This document shows, one piece after another, positions 1 to 12,970 of a DNA stretch of 64,000 nt. The number at the start of each line of letters is the position of its first letter. The stretch's first letter is position 1. This DNA comes from Convolutriloba macropyga (taxonomy: Eukaryota): assembly GCF_964194025.1 (NCBI RefSeq), contig NC_134472.1, positions 9,920,001 through 9,984,000 on the forward strand. Direction: 5' to 3'. Position numbers and translations under genes: made by a program. The notes beneath the pieces were generated by a model. It made no database searches. It had not been told where the DNA came from and saw only the letters and a program-made list of their open reading frames with translations.

Positions 1-38
1 TATTGATGTTCACACCATTTTTGTCGTCTACGGGTTTG

Positions 39-238
39 NNNNNNNNNNNNNNNNNNNNNNNNNNNNNNNNNNNNNNNNNNNNNNNNNNNNNNNNNNNNNN
101 NNNNNNNNNNNNNNNNNNNNNNNNNNNNNNNNNNNNNNNNNNNNNNNNNNNNNNNNNNNNNNNNNNNNNNNNNNNNNNNNNNNNNNNNNNNNNNNNNNNN
201 NNNNNNNNNNNNNNNNNNNNNNNNNNNNNNNNNNNNNN
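39..238. other. Assembly gap (200 N)
   Basis: Run of exactly 200 N, typical of a fixed-size scaffolding gap. Confidence 0.99.
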
Positions 239-1394
239 TCACTGCTTTTTCCACAAAACATTTGAAAAAGATTAATTAGGTAGAAAGGAAAGATTTCAAT
301 AAAATAAAACCCTCTGGGAATAAACCTTCCTTGACTGCTTAAGAGCTCCGTATAAAGCGCGTTTGGCCACGGTTTAGGAACTCATGTGACTTGATATGAA
401 ACTATCATAACTCAAAAAAAGCACGTCTGATATAGCACGTCCGATATAACTTCCAACACTGGATATCACAATGATTTTTTAAAAATGGCGTTAGCAAATC
501 AATTACTTCTCTTATAAAGCTTTATTATTCGACTAAAAAAACACTGGCGTCCCTGGAAGTTTATTGATACAATAACTGAGTGTTACAAGCCTCTTTGGTG
601 TAGCAATTTGTGTATGTGGAATTTTTGACATCAGAGCAATCATAACCTACGTTAACTTGAATGAATCAGGATATACACTTGAATAATACAACGATATTAC
701 TAATACTGAATTTTAAAAAAAAATTAGCGCCTTTTTTTTAAAAAAAGAATAACAAATAGTATTTTTGCAAAAATTTGTAACGCAATTAACTTTTGAAAGT
801 TCTTTTAGATAAAAATTTTTTTAGAAAAGGCCTCCTATCCTTTGTTCAAATTTTATTCCTATGTGACTATGATGTGTGCATTTCCAAGGGTTCATGTTTT
901 TGAAAAGTTTTTGCCAAAGCTTGCTGTTTAATTTGTGGCGTTTACCATCTAAGGAAGCTCGGCTTATCTCGTGAAGTGACCGAGAAAAAAAGCAATGAAC
1001 AGAAAATTGACAAACATTCAAATTACTTGTAAAGAGGTTTCATAATGAAATAGGTCCCACTCTACTTTCAAAATTGAAGAAAAATCTAATAACTACAGTT
1101 ATTCTCTCTTTGCTGATTTATTGCAAAAAATGTGTCTAAGTGATGTGGGAACACAAAAAAAATATGAAAGCTTATGGTAAATCTGCAAGTTACATTTTTT
1201 ATAAACGTCTAAACAGGAGATATTTTTTTCTAAACAGGAGACACTATTCATCATCAGCTATTTAGTTTGCAGAAGAATAGACGATACGATTGTAAAAAAT
1301 TCAAATAAAGACAAAATTATTTGAGGGAATTGAGTTTGCAAAACTTTTCAATCTTTTGTTTTATTGGAGTTATTCTGCCTAAATCTGTTTTAAT

Positions 1395-3875
1395 TGAAAA
1401 AAATTGCTAAATTTTTTGAATGAATTTGAGCATTTACCACAAATTGTAACAATGATGCTGATTGAGATGTCCACTTTTTTAAAAAGCAACTTTATTGAAA
1501 AAGTTGACGGACAACTAAGCAAGTATGAATTGAAACATCAGAAATTGACAAAAACATAAACAACTCTGGTATTTAGTGAATACTACAAAAACTAGTATTA
1601 CAGGTTTAAAACATTATCTGGTCTAATTTGGGTAAAAATATTCGTCAAAAATTTTCATTACACGAGAATTATTTACAAATTATTGAATTGTAGAGAGGTA
1701 CCTCGTACAATTTTTTTGTAATTTGGCAAGGTAAATAGGTTATTGTAAAGTGAATTCTATTTTTACACATTTTCTAAAAATGTGGTTGGAAACTACCACT
1801 GCTACTGACAATACGCTTTCAACACAAAACAAATGGATCTAAAAAAAGCAATGGGATTGTATAATAAGAAACTTACTAATGGAACCTGATATTGCAAACA
1901 GATTTTGAAAATTTTGGTTTGTTTAAGTTTTGTGTCAAAGATATCTACAAAAGGAGCATCTGTCCAGATTATTAATTTTATTTGTGAAAGTGATTTCACA
2001 GATGTTGCTTCTGTAGAAACAATTTTTGATCAATAATCTGTACCCCCAGGAGAATCGGACTTATGGTAAAACGGAAAATGTTTTGAGTTTAATGAATTGA
2101 CTCCTAGATTTGATTTTAACAATGCTGCCTTGAAGAAAGTGATAATTTTCAAAAAGGAAATATTCAATAAAAATATTTTAGAGCACATGGATTTTTTTTT
2201 GCTTGAAGAGGGATACAATTTTCAAAGCATATTGGTGCAGTTAAAAATCTTCCAAAACAAACTGTGGTGATTCAAGAAGGATCTTTCGACAGTAGGCCTG
2301 GTTAAAAAGCCGAAAATTTAACAAAATTTGGTCGTTTAGCGCCAAATAAGTTTTTGATAAAGTACCAAAGGCAAGTGAGATGTTCACATTTTTCATGAGT
2401 TTTGATATGAAATCTATTCTTCGACGGCTTCAATATGGTACCTTTCTTGATTTTTAATATAGTAACATCTCTAGTGTGAACTTTACTGAAGAAAACAGCT
2501 TGGAGTCTATACTCCCATTTGTAATGAAAATTTACATCAACAGTTGTCGTAATGTTTTAATTTTCTATGTTGTAGTTAGTTTTTTTAAGTTTCTAGTAGT
2601 AATATTTTCATTTTCATGTAATTTTTGCTCTAATATATGAAAACAAATTGCTCTCATTTCTGAAAAAAAGTTGCTAAATTTATTGAATGGATTTGAGCAT
2701 TTACCACAATTTGTAACAATAATGCTGGTTGAGATGTCCACTTTTTTAAAAAGCAATTTTTTTGAGGAAGTTGACTGGACGGCTAAGCAAGTATGAATTG
2801 AAACATCAGAGATTGACAAAAACATAAACAACTCTGGTATTTAGTAAATACTACAAAAACTAGTATTACAAGTTTAAAACATTATCCGCGGTAATCTGGG
2901 TAAAAATATTCGACAAAAATTTTCACTACACGAGATTTATTTACAATTTATTGAATTGTAGATTGGTACATCGTACAATTTTTTTGTATTTTGGAAACAT
3001 AAATAGGTTTTTGTAAACTGAATGCTATTTTTACACATTTTCTAATAATGTGGTTGGAAACTACCACTGCTACTGACAATACGCTTTCAACACAAAACAT
3101 ATGGTTCTAAAAAAGCAATGGGATTATATACTAAGAAACTTACTAATCGAACCTGATATTGCAAACAGATTTTGTAATTTTTGGTTTGTTTAAGTTTTGT
3201 GTCAAACATATCTACAAAAGGAGCATCTGTCTAGATTATTAATTTTATTTGTGAAAGTGATTTCACAGATGTTGCTTCTGTAGAAACAATTTTTGATCAA
3301 TAATCTGTACCCCCAGGAGAATCGGACTTATGGTAAAACGGAAAATGTTTTGAGTTTAATGAATTGACTCCTAGATTTGATTTTAACAATGCTGCCTTGA
3401 AGAAAGTGATAATTTTCAAAAAAAAAATGAACAAAAATATTTTAGAGCACATGGATTTTTTTAATTGAAGAAAGATAAAAATTTCAAAGCATATTGATGC
3501 ACTTAAAATTCTACCAAAAACAAATTGTGGTGATTCAAGAAGGATCTTTCGATAATAGGTCTGGTTAAAAAGCCGCAAAATTTGACAAAAATTTGCTTGT
3601 TTAGCTCCAAATAAGTTTTTTCGTAAAGTAGCATAGGCAAATGAGATGTTCATTTTTTTCAAGAGTTTTGATATGAAATCTAATCTTCGACGGCTTCAAT
3701 ATGGTACCTTTCTTACTTTTTAATATAGTGCCCTCTCTAGTGTGAACTTTATTGAAGAAACCAGCTTGGAGTCTATATTCCCATTTGTAATGAAAATTTA
3801 GATCAATAGTTGTCGCCATGATATTTTTGCACTAATATATAAAAACAATTTGCTTTCATTTCTGAAAAAAAATTA
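1395..3875. repeat. Diverged tandem duplication, ~1.27-kb unit, ~2 copies
   Basis: CATTTACCACAA at 1431 and 2698. ORFs 2030..2218 and 3297..3662 share the tail KSNLGVNSLNSKHFPFYHKSDSPGGTDY. The segment CTAATATA...CATTTCTGAAAAAAA at ~2629 recurs at ~3832. Confidence 0.92.
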
Positions 3876-4583
3876 TTCGGTTTTAGATAACTCCATTTTA
3901 AATAGTTAATTCCAAGGCGATCCACATGCCAAGAGAAAAGAAAAAAAGGAGAGCAAAACGGGGGTGGTAAATTCACAATTTGGAATGCGAAATACTTTGA
4001 GGGAGTTCCAAAGAAAGCCCCTTTTGGTAATCCCAAAATGACCCAGACTTGTGTTCTATTAACTCAACTTCGCAAATGTTGACCAATTCAACCATGAAAC
4101 GGCATAACTGCAAAGCGTGACCGACAAACAAATCATTCTGCTACTAAAATTATTTTGAATTTAGTTAATTGGTAGTTTTAAATTTTAGATCGTGTAATCG
4201 ATCGTTACAAGCTACAAAGATTGACTTGTAATTGATCATTATTCTTCCCTACAAGCGTCTTACTTCGCCATTTTTTTAATTTAAGTAAATTTACTGAATT
4301 TTGAACAAACTGTGATTTCCGTGTTTGCATCTTAATACATTGGAAAGTGAACTTGACTTACTTATAGTTAATTATTTTAATTGGTTTTTAAGGAGCAACC
4401 ATTTTTCAAGACTGGAATGCAATGAAAACATTGCAGATTTAATTAGCTTTGCAATTCAAGAATGGAAAACTGCCCAAAATCTAAAAATTTATTCCTTCTA
4501 TTTTTCTTTAAAAAAATTTTAATGAAAAAAATAATTTTAGTACCTGTAGACGCTTGTAATAAAAAGATCACAACGGTGCGAAA

Positions 4584-6007
4584 ATGGAATCTAAATTAAT
4601 GCTAAGAAATTTTAAACTGATTCTCTTAATTCTGATTGGTCAGTGTGTATGTGACGTGAATGTGCATTTGACACAAGAAAGCAATGGCAAGTCCGAAATA
4701 GACATTGACACAAATAATCGTGGATGTTCCCCCCAGCACGAGGTGGCTATGGGTGGATTCAGCAAGGCTAAAGTTTTCGCTAACCGCGGGGAAAAGGCGG
4801 CTGCCAAAGAGAGAATAAAGAATACGTGGGGAATAAAGCCTGAGCAAAACTACACAATGGAGAGATATCGTGAACAAATTGTAAACGGTGCAAACTATCT
4901 TTACGAGGTAAAAATCGGAATTATTTATTTTATTTCCTTAATACAATTTTTGATATGTCTCGTCAGTCAAATCAGAGAATACTAGAGTTGAAAATGTTTG
5001 TTTTAGTTTTAACTTTATTTTTAGTTTAATTTTAGTTCTTTTTTAAAAATTTTTAGTTTATAGTTTTTTTTTTCATTTTTTTTTTCATAGTTTTGCAATT
5101 TTTGATCTTGCTTGCTCGTCAAAACAGAGAGAAATAGAGTTGAATAGACAAGCCTATGTGTCGTATCGTATTAAAAGCATGCAATTGAGACCATATACGT
5201 TTCCATAAGACAGAAACAATCGTTCTTGGTATGCTTTCAAAAACCATCAAGTAAAGGACGAAACCAAATAAGCTCTCAAATGAAAGTAAAGTTTTGCTGC
5301 TGTGAAGATTAAAGAGTGACCTCAATCAACTTTCTACTTTTTTCACTGCAAAACAAAAAATAGAATTAAGAAAAACACTCCCACAGGCATCTAGTTATCA
5401 TTGCATCATTTAGATCTCTTACCACCATGCTGGACAGACCCTCCTAAATACATTTTTTGCCCGACAAAAAATCAATATTTGGCCTAGCATTATTAGCTGG
5501 TAATGATATTTGATATAGGTAATATTTGGTGGGTAATATAACCCAATGATTAAAGACGCAGTACCAAAAATTTAGAATTGGAAAAATTGTGAGTGAAGTC
5601 AAAATCTGTTTGCAAAAAAACACGTAATTTTAGTTCGGAAAAAAACCAAAGGAAAAATATCCCCATGGAAATAAACCCTATTTGACCTTTGACTAATATA
5701 AAACTGCGCATTTGTCGGAATTCACCATGCCTCGCGGGTCAGGGCTATGCCTTATTGGCCCCTAGGACTTGATATCACAACCGAACAAATAAGTGAACAA
5801 CCGAGCACCGACAGAAAGTGCAATTGGATTTATTTCCTAGATCAAGAAATTGATATATAATCTAACATAGGGTAACATTGTTACTTTTACATAATATTCC
5901 AGATCAAAACCCACGATGATGAAAGATTCAAGGTACTTGTTGATGCAACTGGATGCGGAAAAGCAAAAAGAATGGAAGTCGACGAGTGCCTGACGCCTGA
6001 GTTCTGA
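4584..6007 (+). CDS. Secreted stefin/cystatin-like protein 1 (G1), 142 aa; exons 4584-4907 and 5903-6007
   Basis: Hydrophobic signal peptide (LILLILIGQCVC), MGGFSKAK N-terminal trunk and QIVNGANY (QxVxG motif). Donor GAG|GTAAAA at 4908 and acceptor TTCCAG at 5902, phase 0. Exon 2 reads IKTHDDERFKVLVDATGCGKAKRMEVDECLTPEF*, and its end resembles the stefin C-terminus (DELTxF). Confidence 0.88.
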
Positions 6008-7067
6008 TCACGCATCGTCCTGGAATCCAGCGCATATGTGGTCAAAAAGGATCAAATGATTGTTGACAGTAGAACTGAAATCTCGTTAAATATAAATAAC
6101 TTTCGAATTTATTTGTATTAACTAATTTACCTAATTCAAAGATTGTTACTGCTATGTGCATTTTTGATTGTAGCATCTCAAATTACAGTATGTTGCATCA
6201 AAATCAATGGGCCACGAATGACATGCATTTGAAAAAGATAATCAATTTGCAAACCTGATGTAAAACTATTGAACAGGTGTGCTTAATATTTGAAGATCAG
6301 ATTTTTAACTTGATTAAATTGTCAGACATAAGTTTTCAATATTTATTATCAGAGTATGTTCTGCCGTTTTAATGCAGACACAATTTTATTCAAGAATAGC
6401 TGAAACTTAATAACCTAATATTTGAAAAAAATTTGTAAACATGTGTCATAAACGTGTGTCCCAAAAACTATTCTATCCTGTTTGTAGAAAAAAAAATTGC
6501 CGCCAAAACTAACAAACGAACAGAAACTCGGATCTCTTTTGTGAAGTGAAAGTTCTGGTTCTTAAAAAAATTTTTTAAATAATTTTTGTATAAAACTTTT
6601 TCATAAATAACACAATGGCACCAAATGCAATGATTATGAATTTTAGAACAGCATAATTAGTTAAAACTGCAAAATAAATCATCATTTGAACAACTTATGC
6701 AAGCTAGAAGACAACAGCAACCAGCTGAAAAAGCATAATTAATCCGAGTGAATAAAATCTTGTCTAAAGTTTCTGTTTTTTTCATTATTTCACGCAGTCC
6801 TATAATTTAACCAGTTAAGAGCAGCAAAGTATATGGTGTATAGTAAAGTTTACATTAAAACAATGAAATGAACCTTGTTAACTAAACACTACTAAAACTT
6901 GGAGCTGAAATGCTTGAATTATGAACCACACTGCAAAAAAATATCAAAGATCTTAAGTGTTCGTGACATTTTACCTCTTAAGAAGATGTGTTACCAGCCC
7001 TTTACTATTTCATCAAAAAAAGAACCATTATTTTGATCATTTTGTCAGGTTAGAACATAACAAGAAA

Positions 7068-7895
7068 GCTATCTGGTATGCATTGAGATGATAGTCAAAA
7101 ACATAATTGTTTTTGTCAGTAAATGGCAAAAAACAGAAAAGTTCTCTAAAAAGAGAAAGTTAACTACAAACAGCTGTTTTGAGCTGCATTCAAGGCGAAA
7201 ACAAATGAATCAATACTGAGTAAAAAAAACCATTCTCGTCTTTGCTTGAATTGAAGGATGCTGTGAGTGCAGAACTCAAAAATAGTAAAAAGATTCATGA
7301 ACAGTGTTAAAATTGGCAGTTCGAAATTATTTTGGTTTGCTCGAACACAAAATTTTTCCAGCAATTGAAAAAAATAACGTCCCTCGAATTTCTCCAAAAA
7401 TTGTATGAGAGTTTCCAAAAGCCAGGTATTGGATTTTTGGGGAAAAATGTGAAAAAGAAGGTTAAGTTTTGAGTATCTGGCTATCTGGTATGTATTGAGA
7501 TGATTATCAAAAAATAGAATATAAAACCTTTTTGTTTTTGTCAGTAAATGGCAAAAACAGAAAGTTTCTCTAAAAAGAGAAAGTTAACTACAAACAGCTG
7601 TTTTGAGCAGCATTCAAGGCGAAAACAAATGAATCAATACTGAATAAAAAAACCATTCTCGTCTTTGCTTGAATTGAAGGATGCTGTGAGTGCAGAACTC
7701 AAAAATAGTAAAAAAAAAAATTAAATGAACAGTGTTAAAATTGGCAGATCAAAATTATTTTGTGGTTTGTTGGAACACAAAATTTTGAAAAAAAATAACG
7801 TTCCTCGAATTTCTCCAAAAATTGTCTGAGAGTTTCCAGAAGCCATGGATTGGATTTTTGAGAAAAAAATCTGAAACAGAAGATTATGTTTTGGA
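7068..7895. repeat. Tandem duplication, ~410-bp unit, 2 copies
   Basis: GCTATCTGGTATG.ATTGAGATGAT starts at 7068 and 7480, and the following ~400 bp are near-identical. Confidence 0.92.
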
Positions 7896-9938
7896 ATCAA
7901 GATTACTAAAAAAAAATATAGCAGCTACCGCACAAGTGCATTTTGTAAAAATAAATTCAATGCAGCAGAAGGTCTTGCAGTAGTCTTCTGTCAGCATCAT
8001 CTCAATTGTTTCTTAAATAAAATTTTAAATGATTTGATCAAATTTTAAAGTTAAAAGTTTAAAAAGTTTAAGTTTAAAATTTGATCAAATTTTAAACTTA
8101 AATCAAATTTTAAAGTTATTTGCCTTATATGAAATTTAATGAAGAATAAAAAAATAGCTCTTTAGAGTAGTAGCTCAACGAGACAACAGATAAAAATTTC
8201 AAAATAGGATATAATTTTTGTTTTTGATTTCTTAGGAGCATCTGCAAAGCAAAAAGCAAACAAAATCGAAAAACATTTTGTTTGTTTGTTTGCAAATTCA
8301 ATTTAAAAATTAGGACAAACTTGATCCATCAAATTATCCATCAAATGTTGAAAAAGCAAAACATTAAAATTTTTATAAATATGATGTTTTCTGAACTGGG
8401 AAAATTGTTAGCAGACAGAAATGTACAAAACTCAGAAAAAAATGTAGTGTAAATTTAAAGTAATTTAAATTGATAGAAATATTATTATTTTAAAGAAAAA
8501 TAAATTTCAATTATAGAAACAATTCGGGATAATTTTGTTTGATGTAGCTATGTACAAAACAAGTTAACACACTTTCTAATTGGCTTGACATTCACCTCAC
8601 ACGTTCGATTCGTTTTATTTCCATTATGTATTCAAATTAATAAACTTAACTTCAATATATTAATAACATTACGTCAAAGAATGCTGCGCAACAATTGGGC
8701 TAAAGTTATAATAGAAAGCAAATTCAAAGTTTTTTCGTCTTCCTAAACTAATTGTGAACAGAAATTTTCAAAAAAGTCTTTGATACTAAAAGTTAAATTT
8801 GACTTATCTTTTTCAAAGAGTTTTCTGATGCAAAATTTAGCAAACTCTGTGTTTATTTCAAAGAGTTATTTTTCCGAGAAGTACTTTTTAGGTTTTGACA
8901 TTATGATCGTTTTTATTTGCTTGCCGATATTGTTTTACGGTTTGTAAAAGTACAATTAAGCTTTAGGTCTGCATTACACATAGACATGCGGGAAACATGA
9001 ACTATACAATTCGATTGTTTGTCAAAATTACAATTTTCTGAAATATTTGAGTTAAATCAACCTTCTACATTGACAGTTCAATATATCAAATACAAATTGG
9101 ATAAGCAATTGTGACTGAAATAGAAGTTACTGTGGTAATCTGAAACATAGGTCAAAGGGAATAAAAAAAATATAATTTTGAACTGAAAATACAGAAACTT
9201 GAGCTACTTTTCTATGTGAAAATATACAAAGAAAATTCAGATAAACTACAAATGATTACCATGATTATCCTGTAAAAATTGTGTGTCCTGTCTTCGTGTG
9301 CGTTGTTTCTCAGTCCATTATGAGAAAAATGATTGCCTATATTAGCTGGAAATCATCAGTTTGAGGTCAGGAGGTATCGAAATCGAGATTCTGCGGGTGA
9401 GAGAATTTTACGTTTGACATCCAATTGATAAGTTTTTATAATAGCCATAGTCTTAGAACCAACATTAGAATCGGTACTGAAATTTTTTCCATTATTGATC
9501 AATCAACATCAGTGTTCGCCTGGTAAGAAAGTTTTGTTTGTGAAGTATTTATTACATTAAGTCTACGTTCTAAACTTTGTGATATATCACAACACACGCA
9601 AAACAATCCATAAATGATTGTAAAAGCAATAAAAAACTAGATGCATTTTGAATGCACAACACCTTGTGTTGCTGGGGTTTTTGGGTTTTTGAGATTTTGC
9701 TTGGAAATCATGAACATCATATTTGACCTAGGCAGTATTCTTGCATGAATACGAGGAATTCGAGCATTTCATCCAATATTCGAAAAGATTACAGATAAGG
9801 AAAGAAATTAAAATTTTTTGCTACAGGATCAGAGATCACTTTTCACTTCTCCAATCGGGCGTACCTTTTGAAACAATTTAGAAAAATTGTTTAACAAAGT
9901 TTAGGATCCTTGAAAAGCTATTAAGAAATCGTACAATT

Positions 9939-10025
9939 CATATATGACCTAGCATCACCTCTCAGAATCATACATGACCTAATATAACCTCTATGTATCA
10001 CATATGACCTATTTTTTCACCTCTA
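9939..10025. repeat. Degenerate ~30-bp minisatellite, 3 copies
   Basis: ATGACCTA...ACCTCT occurs three times at ~30-bp spacing. Confidence 0.65.
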
Positions 10026-10490
10026 CGATTTTTGCATGATGAGTAATCTGGGATTGTTTCTTTTTGTCCCTATGAAACTGATTGTTTAGCTATTTTAGAA
10101 AAAAGTTAGAGATCACTTTTTCTCCGAACTCATAAGGCTTCTTTTACTGGTCACCATCCCAACTTTGGTTTACACTCCGAAGGCGGGGTTAAAAGAACAC
10201 ACATTAAGCAGTTTTTTGGGCGTTTCCAAAGTGACCCATTTGCAGTAAATCAAAAGTTGACCCCGACTTTAAGTTCTACTTACATATTTAAACAACTGCT
10301 AACTAATCATTCAAAAGAAAGAACAATTAGTTTTGCATATAGAGAACCATTCTTTGATCAGCAGATTTCGCAACTTATTTTTTTGTTTTAGTTGGTTTTA
10401 GCGATTCATAAAAAATCAAGTCCAGCAAAAAACTGATTTTCATTTTTCCACAGGAACGAATATCGAGAAAACTTCAGCAAAACAGTAATT

Positions 10491-12202
10491 ATGAAGGCTG
10501 AATTCATTTTACCCCTTGTTCAGCTATTTCTCGTGATACTAATAGAGCACTCAATATACAGTATAGAAGTTGAAATAACAAGCGAGAGCAATGGTGACGA
10601 AGAAATCGACATTAAAACAAATAACGCCCAGGTTGAGAGCTCCACTTTATGGAAAAAATCATATGTAATTATGTTCAAAACGACAAAACAAACATGGAAA
10701 ACGATCGCATTTTAAGATGAAATTCCCAGTCTTCCCGTTTTTTGACCGCTGAAATTGCTTATGACCGGTTTTGGATCGGTATTTGTAAACGTTTTTGATC
10801 AATCATTATTGCGAAGCGTTCTTGTCGGGTCTTCTCAAAAGTAGCGTTCCCCTAAAAAGCCATAGAAAGTATAATTCTCCTTAAAATACTGCTAAAAATG
10901 TGGCACCCTAACAAAACGGCCCTTTTCTTAAAAAAGCGATTAAAACAGTCGAAAGAGCTCAAAGCTGTAGTTTCCGCAACTTAATCGTTTTTGACCGAAC
11001 TATAGAGAAATACTGTTATATAGTACAACAAACAGTCGATAAAAGATCTTTCCAATAGTTTCCTCATCGATCGACCAAAGTTTTTCAAATGTTGACTTCT
11101 CAAATAGGGTGATATCATTGACGAGATCTCTTCAAAATGCTTGGAAGAGTATGGGAGGTCTGTGGCAGGATACAGCAGTGCTGAAATTCTGACATCAGAT
11201 CAAGGGAGAGATGTGAAGGAACAGATAAAGAAGACATGGGGATTAAAACCTGGTAAAAACTACACTGTGGAAAGAGTTCGAACAGAACATCACGGCGAGA
11301 ACTTTCTTTATGAGGTAATTTGATTCACTTTTAGTTCTTATTGAAATTTTGGCGGATTAAAAATGAGAAGCAAGGTGCAATGTTTTTTGCTTCTGTTACC
11401 GTTTTTGCCCACAAAATATTGTAGCGCTGTCTTTTTAAACTACGTCCCTCATTGTAAAACATTGAAACGGTCCGAAGAAGAGTGTTAGAGATTTTTAAAC
11501 AACATTGAATTCCCAAAACTATAATAAGAAAGCAACATGGAAAGGAAGTGAAATTAAAAAACAAACAAACAAATAATTCAACATAAAATGTACACGTTGA
11601 GTCAACTATTTTGAAACCCATTATCCGTTCAGGAAAGTTGGTTGAAATGAAAAACCAAATGGGTCCCTCATTGTCTGATAAATTTTTTCATCAACATAAA
11701 ACTTGTATTTAGATATTTTTCAATTCTATTTTGCTTTAACCATTCGCAGAATATGCGGACCTTCTTTAGAAGAATGCCACGGTAGAATTGTGTACATCTG
11801 TTTAAGGCAGCTGCAATTTTTTCTGTCAAAGTACACTTTCACATACCAGTAGAGTTGAAATTGGAGAGCTGGAAGGATTTTTTAAATCTATGGTTGACAA
11901 AAAGTCTGCTGAGTATTTGAAAGTATGCAAAACACGCTAGAGTATCAGTTAGCTAAACCGAGTTTCAATTAGGTTGACTAATTCCTGATTTGCCTTCAGA
12001 TGCAGAATTAACCTAAAAAAATATCAATAGAAATTAAATTTCGTAATTCAGTTTATATATAATGACACAGTTGTTTAATTGCATTGTGTTTGAGATCAAA
12101 AATGTGGATGGTGTGAGACACAAGATACAATTGAACCCTAGTGAAGGATGTGGTAGAGCCAGAAGGATGGAAGAAGATGACTGTCTCACTCCTATCGAAT
12201 AA
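10491..12202 (+). CDS. Secreted stefin/cystatin-like protein 2 (G2), ~151 aa; exons 10491-10631, 11108-11314, 12095-12202
   Basis: Signal peptide present. IEVEITSESNGDEEIDIKTNN matches G1 VNVHLTQESNGKSEIDIDTNN, and IKKTWGLKPGKNYTVERVR matches G1 IKNTWGIKPEQNYTMERYR. Last exon reads IKNVDGVRHKIQLNPSEGCGRARRMEEDDCLTPIE*. All junctions are GT-AG, phase 0. The last acceptor is a GAG at 12092-12094, with an in-frame CAG alternative ending at 12070. Confidence 0.85.
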
Positions 12203-12970
12203 TCGGCAATCTGATCATTCATGATGACCGAAAAGAAACACCTCTCGACTGTGTCGAACAAGTGACAATTGACAGTTTTGGACCCAGACTTCCCCTTTCA
12301 TAGAAAAATCAAACATGGTGGCGGCCTCATAATATATAAATGTTCCATAGTAAAAAAATTATTTTGAATGTTCTCAGAACCATATCAACTGATAGAAAAA
12401 AGGTTTTTTTTCTTGTCTGATAAATTTTAGACATATGATAAAACCATAAAACAAACAATGGTTTAAGAATTTAGGATTTTGCGTGAATAACTAAACAAAA
12501 AAACCAACTAAACGTGCAGTCTTCAATGTTTCTTCGGAATGTCATTGTTGGAGCTTAGTTTAATAATTCCGCGATTAGTTCCACGAAGTTTAACTTCCAG
12601 AATCTAGCCACCGCCGGACAGCCATTTTTAGATCGCAATCGGAGGGTAAATGCCGACCCCAAATACATGATAAAACAACTGCCATGACCTCTGGAAAATA
12701 ATTAGTCTAGACAGTTGTCAAAAAAATTGGACAATAAGACGATTGAAATCTATTGGGTTTGGAACGGTCTGATCATAGATCAAAGTCGGGAAGATGGTCC
12801 GACTAGAAGACCAAATCCGGGAAATGATCTGAGCCGAGCTCGATTGCTTCTGGAAACCCAGCCTATGTTGGAAAGATCTGAAATGTGTGTAACCATGCCA
12901 ACAGCGAAAAAAGGCAAAACCATATTGTGATATTTGGAGTGTTATAACCCAATTATTTTGACTTTTTCCA

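Noticed and set aside
3-275. ORFs spanning N runs (also 55116-55638)
   Set aside because: Artefacts of translating through assembly gaps.
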